From Phoronis australis (Eukaryota > Animalia > Phoronida): DNA of 64,000 bases. Below the pieces are notes generated by a model. The model was given only the letters and a program-made list of their open reading frames with translations. It searched no databases and was not told the DNA's origin. The translations under genes were made by a program, and so were the position numbers. The DNA is taken from assembly GCA_002633005.1 (NCBI GenBank), contig NMRA01000364.1, positions 119,075 through 183,074 on the forward strand. The letters run 5' to 3'. This document shows, piece after piece, positions 51,325 to 62,284 of this stretch. Position 1 is the stretch's first letter; every line of letters begins with the position of its first letter.

Positions 51325-53976
51325 ATGTTGATAGTTCCATTTTTGTCGTTGGTGGCGCTTACTCTTCAAGGTAAGATAGACGTTTGTTACCCTGGTCCAG
51401 CCTGCGAGTGAAATCGACACCAATTAAAAAAACATCTGTCCTGTGCAATACACAAAACGCATCTGGTCATAGCATTGTCAGTTTACCATATTTTACCATA
51501 TTGGATAGTTCAAAATGCGTTCTGTTTAAAAAAGTGGTCGTGTGTATTTAGACTATTTATGCAATGATTTTTTAAGGCTTAGTTTCTTTGTCCGAATCTT
51601 TACTACAGTCTTCGCAAATTCAGCTGAATGAATTAATTACCAAGGATTGTAATATCATAGTAGTAATTATACCTTCAGGTTGCACACTTCCAAAATTTCC
51701 ATGATCTTTTAACTTGAAGTGCACGCAAGTTTTTGTTACAACACTCTGTCACTGAGCACATACATTGAGTTTGATGGATCATGTTTCTTTTAAAGTTGTT
51801 CTGTCAATCATTCTTTTGCGGAACTTCAATCACTTCTGTGATAGGGGTCGTACACATGGCATTACTTTCTGATTCAAAAAAGATGTCACCACTTTTAATA
51901 TCAGACAGCTGTCGTTTGTTCCTGGGAATTACCTGTGAGGCAGTCTGAGCAGGTATGATGTAACAGGGCACACGGAATTCTGCTGGGCTTCAAGGTGTCT
52001 CTTGACTGGGTTTACACACTTTTGAAATTATTTTTCAGTGAACGCTCAAGGCAGTCAATCGGCGAATACAAACCCAGACTTGTCCTGCTATCAATGCGAA
52101 GATAAATTCAAAGGAGAATATTTTTACAACTCACAGTGCCAAAAGCGTCTGACGACGGATTCACTTCCGGTTCCGTGTGGCGTCAGTCACCGATATTGTG
52201 CGGTAAGAGGAAGAAGATGGACATTGTTATTGGTTAGGGTCACGTGTGTCACAATTTGAATAGTTAAAGACGAATATCCAAAAAGTGAAAATATTTTCAA
52301 ACTGTCACTTAAATTTTGGTCTTTGGAGCCACAATAATGGCGGTCAACAGATCAACCTCAGCCAACAAGCAATTCTCTCACTTTTAACAATATGTGCACG
52401 CACTGAATGCTGGTACGAAAACAAGTGCAGGTTTTTCAAACGATCTATGACTGAGACAACACTGGAATTCGAATAAAAACGTTCTCAGGCCATTTTTAAG
52501 GCACGTTTATGTACTTTACATACATTTTAGCTCACCAATCTTAATTTTGTCCTAAACTTTTATTACTGTTTAATTTTGATTTTTAAATGTAATGGGAGAC
52601 TTTCATGAAGAAATGGGAGTTGATCACGTGGGACCGGAGACTCATATCGCCACCTAGCTGAAGCAGGAGTTACCCTGTATTTGCTGCAGGTGGCATAATG
52701 GAACAATTTGACCTCAGGAAATGGCCCTTTCACAATGTATATGTTTAGAGACGGTGCTTTTTAATGAAGAGTTATGAAGTGCCTTCTCGTACTCTAGAGG
52801 CCATTGGTATCCGGTCCCAGCTGACCAGTTGCTAAGTTGTTAAAAGGCTACTAAATCCTGTTTTGATGATTTCAACCAATTCTCGTTCTGTCACCTAATG
52901 CATCATTTGCGCCAATCATGCAAAATAAATGCAAGAATCAACTAAAAACTCATGCTTTCTATGTAACAGATTGACGTACATTATGGTCCTTGGTGGGTGG
53001 TCTTTTCCCATAGTTGACGTGTACTTTGTTAAAAGCGTAAGTCACGCTTGCCCGTATAGTACACTTTCAAAGGAGTTTTTAAATTTTCCTCCAAACTTTT
53101 TAGGGTTGTCGAGGGTTACAGAGCATTATTTGGTTTCAAAACATTGGATGTGAAAGACGTTTTTAGTGTCTGTTAATAGGCCAAAACCGGGTTTGGTATC
53201 CTTTTAAGGACACTGTCTATTGGTTTACGTTTAGAACCTTTAGATCCGTGTAATTCCTTCACAAAATAAAAAACTTTTCCAGTTTTAATAAATTATGACA
53301 TCCAGCTACCATATTGGCTGCACTTGGTTATCTTGACCGGTTCCGCCGGGTCAAGCCGCTGAGACATCTGATTGGTTCTCGATGACGACTTCTGGTTCAA
53401 AGGCTAATCAGGCGTGCGTTCAGTAGACGCTAGGACCTACGCTAGAACCTAGCTAAAATCTAGTCAAAGTCACGTGTTCGTATTTAAAATACACGGCAAT
53501 ATCTCACGTAATCTCGCGATGTCTTGCTTTTTAGCGAGGGCGTTACTGAACGGGAGGCAGATGTCTTAGCTAGTTGACCCGGCAGAATCGGCGAAGTGGA
53601 TTAAGTGCAACCAGTGTCCGTCTGAGCATTTGGAAAGAAAATATTGCGCACTCTTCTTAATGTATGGTGCAGACGTGAAAATGGCCGGCACAGTGTTTCA
53701 TGACCGTCCACATTTTAAGACCATTCACATAAAATTTCAATCTTGTTTCAGGTGGAAAGGACAGAGTCGTTCGGCCGTATTGTAAAAATACAACGGAGTT
53801 GCGTGGAGGAGTGTAAATACGGTTGTAAATACAACGGATTTGGGTTGACTTACAAGATATGTACTTCATGTTGTCGCGGACATGGTTGTAATACAGACAA
53901 CGGAACTATTGGAGTGGCTAAGTTTTCCTTGTGGCTGATGTTCAGCATGATTGCGATCCGTCTAATGACTTCGTGA
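51325..53976 (+). CDS. Ly6/uPAR three-finger protein A (quiver/sleepless, U-scoloptoxin(05)-like), 144 aa, predicted GPI-anchored; exons 51325-51370, 52039-52202, 53752-53976
   Basis: Signal peptide MLIVPFLSLVALTLQVNA; LSCYQC start; 12 Cys; ICTSCCRGHGCN end motif; NG followed by a hydrophobic tail. GT-AG introns with phases 1 and 0. A probable 5'UTR exon ends at 50194 (donor gtaagg), with an acceptor at 51291-51292. Confidence 0.88.
52840..53207 (+). mobile_element. TTAA-flanked (Kolobok-like) MITE, copy 2 of 3
   Basis: ttaaaaggctactaaatcctg ... cgggtttggtatccttttaa. Confidence 0.75.
53316..53612. mobile_element. MITE with ~55-bp imperfect TIRs in Ly6 gene A intron 2
   Basis: ggctgcacttggttatcttgaccggttccgccgggtcaagccgctgagacatctg resembles the reverse complement of cagatgtcttagctagttgacccggcagaatcggcgaagtggattaagtgcaacc. 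Confidence 0.65.
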
Positions 53977-55291
53977 GCTCAGAAAATTGGGACAATCAAT
54001 GTGTCGCGTATAGACAATCCGCACTCTATCGATTGAAGTCACAATTAAACACCTGTTTTTGTCTGCGTTGAATGTATTTTGATGTTGAGTTGCCGTTTTA
54101 CTAGATTTTACAATTAAATAGACAGAGACCCGGAATAGAGTGATTGCTTAGTCAGTATCTAGATTCGATGCGGCAAAAATGAAAACATGATTTTGTCCAG
54201 AAGCGTAACCTGTCTGCTTAATACTTATTTACAGACAAAATTAGAAACCTCGTGGAACACAATATTGACTCAGTGAATTTTTCAAACCAAAGCCTTACCC
54301 TTTGTAGTGTCAATGCGCAATGAAAGAAAAAATAGTGCGTGTGCTTTTCACCACGAAATGTTTCAATTCCCGTAGTCCGTCCGAACTTATCCGTATGTTC
54401 GACATCAACGCTCACGTGGTAGCGCCATTAATAATTCATGAGCTCAGTTTGAAATACGTCAGCAAGCAGGACGAACCGTGGGCACGGGATTTTACAACAG
54501 AAACCCATCGGGTGTCTCATTGAGAATGAGGAAGCTGAATGGAACTAATTTGTATAAAGCGCGGGATGAAGGAGCATTCATGAGCCGTACTTTAAAATAT
54601 GTGGGACTCATCAATTGGGTTTTGTTGTGGCATTGTTCAAGGGGCATTATGAACAAGTGAAATTCAGCAGCTTCAGCACGGAGTTGGGGTAGATTTCTTT
54701 ACGTACGGACCGTGTATTTTATGAAGGTCCCGTGGATAGAACATGTCGAGGATGATTCTTAATTTCCAATCCAGGAATATTTTTTCTAACAACAATGAAT
54801 TGAAAACACTGCACGTGTCTTGGCCGGATATTTTGGATGACAAAACTGCCAAACAAGATTCCAGCAGGTGTGGCACAATTGACTTCTGACTGGATTTACT
54901 CCTGTAATTTCTTTTAGTCCGAGTTGTTCCATTTCGGCCAAAAACAATTGGCATCAAGCATTTTAATTGATAAGTTTTTTAAAAGAATTACTTTTGATTC
55001 CAAATAAAATGCAATCGTTTTATACCAAAAGACAACAGTGTGCTATACCTGCATAAGGTTGAACTGGTGCTTGCAACAAAACGATGTTTGTAACTCTCGA
55101 CCTTGCAGTCAGCATATGACCAGATTGGCCAGACCGCCTACATTCCCTTCTGCTACCGTACACCCGTTACTCCCAAAACCTTTTGAAAATCCAGAGTTTG
55201 CAATGCATATTGAACCTGTTTATTTTATTGGGAATCCCTGAACTAATGACGCGGAAACGTTATCAGCAGTCAAGTGCCTTTCGGATACTAT

Positions 55292-55624
55292 TTAAAGGGA
55301 TACTAAACCCTGTTTTTATGATTACTACCAATCCTCGTTCTGTCACCTGCTAATTCATCATTGCCGCCAAGTTAAAGGCAGGAATCAACTAAAAACTCAC
55401 GCTCCTTATGTCGCTGATTGCACATTACGGTCTTTGGTGGGTGTTTTTTCCACAGTTGCCGTGTAATTTGCCAAAGCAGACTTTCAAAGTTGTTGTCAAA
55501 TTTTCCTCAAAACATCTGAGGGTTGTTGAGGGTTACAGAGCATTATTTTGTTTCAGAGAACTTGATGGGAAAGTCATTTTTAATAACTGTTAGTAGGCCA
55601 ATAACTGGTTTCGTGTCCTTTTAA
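55292..55624 (+). mobile_element. TTAA-flanked (Kolobok-like) MITE, copy 3 of 3
   Basis: ttaaagggatactaaaccctg ... ctggtttcgtgtccttttaa; interior colinear with copies 1 and 2. Confidence 0.75.
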
Positions 55625-57105
55625 AGAAGTGATTTCAGTTTACAATTCTCCGATTTAAAAAAAAAACAAAGACCGAACAGTGTTAATTTTTCTTGGTGAA
55701 AAACATTGTGAAGGACATTTTCTCGAAATTCTAAGTTCAAGTTCAAAGTTTAAATATTGTGTTAAAATTAAACGCACCCTACTTTAACAATAGAGCAGAA
55801 CTCAGTGGGCACATGAGGGATTGGACCCTAGACTTTAGATGTTGTTACACGATGTCGCTTTTCTGGGGCTCTGGAATACAAAGATCGCAATAAGGATGTG
55901 TGCAAAAGGTAAAAACTGAAGAATTTTCCTCAAGGCGAGCAAGCTCACCAAGAACTACCAAAGGTGAAGATCACTGCGACATTTCGTGAGTCCGCTCAAT
56001 AGTTCGGTAAAAATTGTTTTAAATCGAGATTGGAACTTTTGAAACGTAAGATAAAAACAGAAGTACATGTGTTGTGAAAATGTCACTTATTTGCTTGAAA
56101 AATATTAAAATAAGTTACATGAAAGTTCTCTAATGGAGAGCCCCTGAAACGGAAATTGGTGTTTGAAAAAATGTCACTCCCGCTAAAGCATTTGATCAAC
56201 TTAAGAAAATTCTCTGCTGCGTAATCATGATTACAAATTTCTCATGGGCACAATATCTTTCTACACATCAAATTTGGTATTACATTCGCTCTCCTTAAAA
56301 ACCAGGTTGCCATAGGCGAGTGACGGATTACTGCGACTAAGTCACGGTTGCCTGTAGCGGCAAACCAAACGGGCACTGCACCCCCAGATGTGCCTACGGA
56401 AATCTCGGTTATCCGATAACTTTACGCATACGACAAGCGGCAGAAATGAAGTTCATTTATCTAAAACAAAAATTATCCAGTAGCGGTTGAGAGGAGGCCA
56501 AGGAGGCCATGGCCCCCTACAATTTTCCCAGATTCCATTTGGCAGTTCGGGGGTGCGAATGTCTGACGGACAAAATCCTGGCTAATAATCTGCCCTGCCC
56601 TGCCCTCCCCCCAACTCAAAATACTGGATCCGTCCCTGTGGTCACTTTGACATTGCTTTTGATATCCGACGTTACTACATAAATATCATGCTGAACTTGT
56701 GGAACATGTGGAGATAACTCTGACCAATTATCAGTCTGTGTCGGTTGGATAATTATGAACCCCTGGCGGATATTAATCAAACTACGTTGACAACAACAAC
56801 AGCCTGTTATGTAACCTGTTTTTCTTCTGGTTTGTATGGAAGTGCAATGGTCATTATGTGTCCAAGAATAACCCACCTGAACGTTTATGACATTTGTCCA
56901 TTATGTATCGACCGTTAACGTCACAGAGGTGAAAATATACAGCAAGATGTGACTACGTGCTTGAAAAGTATCGGATGAAAACAAAGTATGGAGTTTGAAC
57001 CTCACGGAAACACCCAACGACTGCATAAAGTACCTCTGACAATGACGGCATATATATCTGACATTGGCAGCATCTAGTCACGAAGAGTATTAGACTGCAA
57101 GAAGG

Positions 57106-60100
57106 ATGACTCCTGTAGTATTGCTGATATTCCTTTCGATCGCTGAAACGTCGGGTAAATATCATCGGGGCAATATTTAGCTTGAGGGACTAACTTGTGC
57201 TGTCAGGAAGCTTTCAGGTTTTTTCCAAGCTTAGGTTGAGTAGGTCTGAATGTCGCTGACTGAAAATTGAAAACGTTCCTATTCTGGGGAACATTCACAA
57301 AACATTGTGAAATAACTAAGCATTGCAGATAGTAGTTACTAGATTTAAATCACCAGTTTGATACTCCCGTATTCCAATATAGGTCTGCACAGTTTTTATC
57401 ACACTGTATTCTACAGCGCAAGTCGATCCAGGCCTGATGTTTCATCCCAACCTGTCCTGTTACCGATGCAGTGAATCGTACAGTTTTACGGAGGTCTACT
57501 CTCTCCAGACATCGTGCCAAATCAACCTCAAAAAAGACAACACTCCACAGCCGTGCTACAGAAGCGATAGTTACTGTATGGTAAGTTAATTATGTACCCC
57601 CACCCCACCCCACCCCTAGTAGTAGTAGTAGCAGTAGTAGTAATAATCTTTATTTAAAAGTCGGTGAGGTTTAACAAAGAGATTTAACAATGAAACATTA
57701 GCACAAGTGCTATTCGACAATTTTTAGAAATCTACAAACTTAAATTACAAAAACTTAAAATACAAGCTAATTATACAGTACAGAAAATATAAAGAACTTT
57801 TAAGTTTTGTATTAATATTGATGTTTAAAAACATCAATATTAATACAAAAGTTCATATACGGGGGTGTGTAGACATCTGTAGCAGTTCTCACAAGAGCAG
57901 TTCACAGAGAAAAGATCATCAGCAAGTGTGGCAAATTCATTTAAAGGCAGTACATTGTCTCATTGCCGATGACAATGAGTTCCATAGCATTGTACCCTTA
58001 CGGGAGATTGAGTTACACCCGTAAGTCATGGTGTTAAAACGTTTTACAAAGAGACAATTTTCAGCTCTGAGACAGTATTTAGACTCTCTAAATTCAATCT
58101 TTCCTGACAAAGGACAGGGTCCTCATCCCCCACCCCCACCCCCAAAAAAAAAACACTTAGACTTAGCATCACCGGTAGCATTAGACTGGTATCAGTATTA
58201 CTATCACTGCTATCATTATTTATTACTACTGCTGCAACACAAATATCATTGAACAAGATGTTTGGTGAGTTGGTGACTTTGTTGGTAACTAACCGTATTT
58301 GACAGGGTGAAGTACAGTTTTTAAGCACCGTACTTACTTAATACGACATAAGTATAGACGAATTGAAAGTTCTTACAAGTAAGATACAACTACACACATT
58401 AAAAAGACCTGTATATTGAAAAATTTCATAACTATTGTTGGTTTAACAAAACTGTCGAACTGATTCCTTATAAGTACAAACTAACACTTACAGAGGGCTA
58501 TTTGCTTTTACATACTTGGAAAACAATCTTGAGTGAATATTCAATGTTATTTATTTGCTTTAAAATTATATTGTACAATGTTTGACGCAGTTCCCGAAAA
58601 TACGCTCCCTTTCCGTAAATACGCACCCTTTCCGAAAATCCTCCCGAGAGTATAGTTGATTTCATTTAACACCTTCTCATTTGAAATGAGCTTTTCTCAA
58701 ATAAATGAGCTTCGAAAAAAGGACTTAAATTGAATACTTAATAAGGTATTGCCCAGACAATGCCACACTTGCATATTCATTAAACGGTCTACCCTATATA
58801 TATATAGGGTATACCACTAGCGTCATTCGTTTGAGAACGTTTCAAAAACGTCAATAAATTTTATTGACGTTTTTGAAACGTTCTCTGATTATCAGCCCGT
58901 GGGCCTTTTTTCGTAAATTCCAGGTACTAGTGAACCATGAAATTCGATTTCAGTGTTGCTTGTATCAAATAATAACATTTTTTACTGGTCTTTGCATAAG
59001 AATGGTTAAACAAACCGGGGACCATGACCAGAGTTGCAGTGCAAATCACCAAAACCCAGCGATCTAACTCCGGCCATAACGTTCACTGTACAGTATTACA
59101 CCTCCGAACGGAACAATCGTATAGTACATGTATAAAGACATCAATCTTGCGCAACGAAATTCCCGCTCAAACCCCATTTTAAAATAAATTGAAATGTTTA
59201 GGCCACTTGAACAAAATTTCAGGCACTCTGGATACTCAAGGATGTCTTAGTAATCGTTCCTATCGTTTTTCTCGTTCATTTCATTCAAACCACGTCTTAA
59301 ATGACTGTACACTTCTAAATATTCAATATTTCTGTTCTCTGTTCCTTGATTGGTCGATATTTTAGTTGTATTTGAACTGAAATACTCAAAAACACGTTCG
59401 CTTTGATCAATCTTAAAATTGCTTGGAATTCCAGGTTTACTGTGTTATTTTAAGTTCAAACACGACATCACAACCAAAAAACAAACCAACCAGAATACGG
59501 CTCATAAGAACAATTATGTTGCCCGTTTCGGAATATGATCTACTATAGCGTGCGGTTGACATCACGTGAGGCCAAATATTCAGTACACGGTGCCTCTCGC
59601 TTGGGCGAGAATCAAGATAAACTTCTGTGAGTGTCAATGCTATGAATACTATAGGCCGCGGAACGGGCGAAAATAGTTAATAAAAAAATCGATCCTAATT
59701 CATTATTTTGACCTTTCTGCGCACTTAGCTAGTTCCCGTTTCCTCCGGCAGGTTTAATATTTACGAGTTAAGTTTGATTTTCCAAACACGACTGATTTTT
59801 GCGTATTAGGATTTATTTTCCAAACACAATTGATTTTTACGAATTACATTTGATTTTTACGAATTATATTTGATTTTTTATTAACTATTTTTGGCCTTTC
59901 CGCAGCCCATAGAAAACATAACTCGGAGAAAATGTTCAGTCGTTCATTTGGAATTCAGTGGAGGCAAAAAATTCAATCTTCTATATTGCAGGTAGAAAGA
60001 CAGGAGTCCTACAAACGACCTGTTTCGATGATTCGAGACTGTGTGGAGGAGTGCAACTACGGGTGTAGATACCACGGAATTGGTTTGACGATTAAAATAT

Positions 60101-60231
60101 GCACCTCTTGCTGTACCGGATATGGTTGTAACACGGACAATGGCGTGGCTCCGTGGTTGGATGTTTGTACGAGGACGTTGGTGATATTTGCACCGGTGGC
60201 TGCTATACTAGCTATCACATTTTCTCGGTGA
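57106..60231 (+). CDS. Ly6/uPAR three-finger protein B (tandem paralog of A), 150 aa, predicted GPI-anchored; exons 57106-57154, 57417-57580, 59992-60231
   Basis: Signal peptide MTPVVLLIFLSIAETSA; exon 2 (164 nt, same size as in A) HPNLSCYRCSESYSFTEVYSLQTSCQINLKKDNTPQPCYRSDSYCM; exon 3 VERQESYKRPVSMIRDCVEECNYGCRYHGIGLTIKICTSCCTGYGCNTDNG plus a hydrophobic tail. Confidence 0.88.
57617..58110 (-). mobile_element. 5'-truncated CR1/L2-clade LINE 3' fragment
   Basis: Minus-strand SKYCLRAENCLFVKRFNTMTYGCNSISRKGTMLWNSL, then a frameshifted NCSCENCYRC, typical of the ORF2 C-terminus. Has aataaa and a (TAC)n tail; (CCCCA)n on both flanks is a possible TSD. Confidence 0.75.
58833..58885. repeat. 53-bp near-perfect palindrome (26-bp arms, 1-nt spacer)
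   Basis: gagaacgtttcaaaaacgtcaataaa-t-tttattgacgtttttgaaacgttctc. Confidence 0.9.
59650..59911. mobile_element. IS3EU-like MITE with ~38-bp TIR and 6-bp TSD (1 mismatch)
   Basis: tataggccgcggaacgggcgaaaatagttaataaaaaa ... ttttttattaactatttttggcctttccgcagcccata, flanked by gaatac / gaaaac; internal ~20-bp repeats of ttgattttt. Confidence 0.7.
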
Positions 60232-60970
60232 ATAATATTTTTAAACTTGACTTTCGGTTATGGCAGTCAGAAACAAGACAACATTAGAATTTCAGACATT
60301 GAAAACAGAAATGACACAAAATGTATATTCAGGACTGTTTAGGTTCTATTGTGATTGCCTTGGGACATCTCACTTCACACCACATGTCGAGTGTCGAATG
60401 TTTTTGTATAAAAAGGCCCTCGGTCAATAAACAGCTTCTGTTTTACGCTAATTACTGTTGAAATCGGTCTCATTTTGCTCCTTTCTCAGATTAGAAAGGA
60501 TATCTAGGTTAATTATCAGGGCGTTATTCCTTTGGGCCAGGTGCATTTAAGTTGCTTGATAGTTTCTACATGTCAATCAAGCTAATAATCCAAGCACGGA
60601 AACATGCAAACACAACGGATGGTCCACCACCTTTGTCTCACAAACATCGGTTGCGAATGAAGGCCTAAAGATGGTTTTAGGATGCGCTTCGGACAATTTC
60701 AAAGCCGATCAACGACATGGAGAACGAACGAGGAAAAATGTGTGTCGCCTGACAGAGCAGACTTTCCCATTGGCTTCTGGATAAGAAGAGAGAAAGTGAA
60801 CAAAATTCACCTTCCTGAAGTTTCTATAAATATTTTTCACTTTATTTAATACTGTATGTAATGTGAGTTAACAAATAAACATGTGGAGCATACGGCAGCG
60901 CATGTGACTTACGGAAACGTAGCTTTGTCGCCAACTCGAGAACCTTTTTACTCCTAAAACAAGACCATTG

Positions 60971-61392
60971 TGGCCGATTGCATGAAACAGTCCCAAATAG
61001 GGACTAGACTAAGTTCTCTAAATCTACTGCATATTTGTGGGCTTGTGAAAACACGGATTGTCTTTTCTTAGGCTAACTGAGTCTCAGTACTAAGTCAATT
61101 TCTGTCTTTGATACAAATCGAGGGTGAATTCTACATTGAATTCTCAATATTCTTGAAAATAATTTAGGATCTTTTCATACAACACCCCTAATTTAAGGAC
61201 TTAGTTCCTAATCATTTTGAGTGTATTACGGGCTCAGTTTTTAGTTAAATCATTAGAAACTGTCCTTTAGTTAAAGAAGAGATCATAATAAAGATAAAAT
61301 ATTACATCTGTGAGTAAAGAACAAAACAAACACGCAAAAGATTTAGTGAATTTAGTTGAGTCCCTATTTGTGCCTGTTTCGTGCAACCGCCA
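60971..61392. mobile_element. Harbinger-like MITE with ~55-bp TIRs
   Basis: tggccgattgcatgaaacagtcccaaatagggactagactaagttctctaaatct resembles the reverse complement of agatttagtgaatttagttgagtccctatttgtgcctgtttcgtgcaaccgcca. Confidence 0.7.
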
Positions 61393-61844
61393 CTGGAGAA
61401 TAATAAATACATTTTAACTGCACCTGCATTGGTGCCGTAGCATCTTTTTGAAATATAAGCGTATCATTGCGTGCTAGATGACAATCGACGTTCTACGAAT
61501 CGCATGTTGCAGCCGCGCGGCTTCATTATAAACATTATGAAGTACTAAATATTGGCATCTATTCAGGTAATGTTTTGATTAAAATATTGCGTGATAATTC
61601 TTTGTTATAGCATGTTTGTAACGAATCCTTGAGTTTCGAGTACCGAAGCAATGATGGACATAGTTTTGGGGTATAGCTTTTTTGTTCAAGATCAGAACAG
61701 ATCCTGAGAAACGAGAAACATAAATACAACTAGCACGTCGTTAAATAATTTCAATTGAAAAAGAAACTTGTTTAGTAACCAACTCCCTTACAGATGCGCT
61801 CAAAATGCCTTTAAAACTGCCTTGACATTCATTCGTGGGAGAAC

Positions 61845-62100
61845 ATGGCGAAGGACCTGACACAACCATGGCACAGCGGCAATGTCATCTTCACGTTCAT
61901 CGAACCAAAGACCATATACGCGAGCAAGGATATCTTGAAAATGTGGTCTCCAGTCTTTCGGGAAATGCTCACTAGCAGCGATTATGCCTGTTGTCCTGCT
62001 ATTTCCATTGAGATAACGAGATGGCGCTTTAATGACTTCCTTGAACTTATGAAAGTTATTCACATCCCTTATTCGTCTTTATCCGATGCCGTATCTTCAG
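61845..62100 (+). CDS. BTB/POZ domain protein, first coding exon (partial; no further exon was identified, so the gene presumably continues past the window)
   Basis: MAKDLTQPWHSGNVIFTFIEPKTIYASKDILKMWSPVFREMLTSSDY..ISIEITRWRFNDFLELMKVIH matches the invertebrate BTB pattern (PW..SDV..K.IL..WSPVF..M..ELL.VIHP). Acceptor at 61792-61793, donor gtatgt at 62101; a probable 5'UTR exon ends at 61566. Confidence 0.8.
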
Positions 62101-62211
62101 GTATGTGTTCAGTTCTTTGAGATTGCAAAAACGTTAATTTGAAACAAGGCAGCAAGTCTGAATGTAGTGTTACAAAGCAGCTTTAGAACGATGTGGATAA
62201 AAACTGTTGCA

Positions 62212-62284
62212 CATGGGCGGCGCACAATAGGGGCTGGGGGGGCGGGACTATAGACCCACTTTTTTCAGTGCTGCGCCGCCCATG
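62212..62284. mobile_element. 73-bp hAT-like mini-MITE
   Basis: Perfect 13-bp TIR catgggcggcgca ... tgcgccgcccatg; flanks tgttgca / tgttgaa. Confidence 0.6.
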
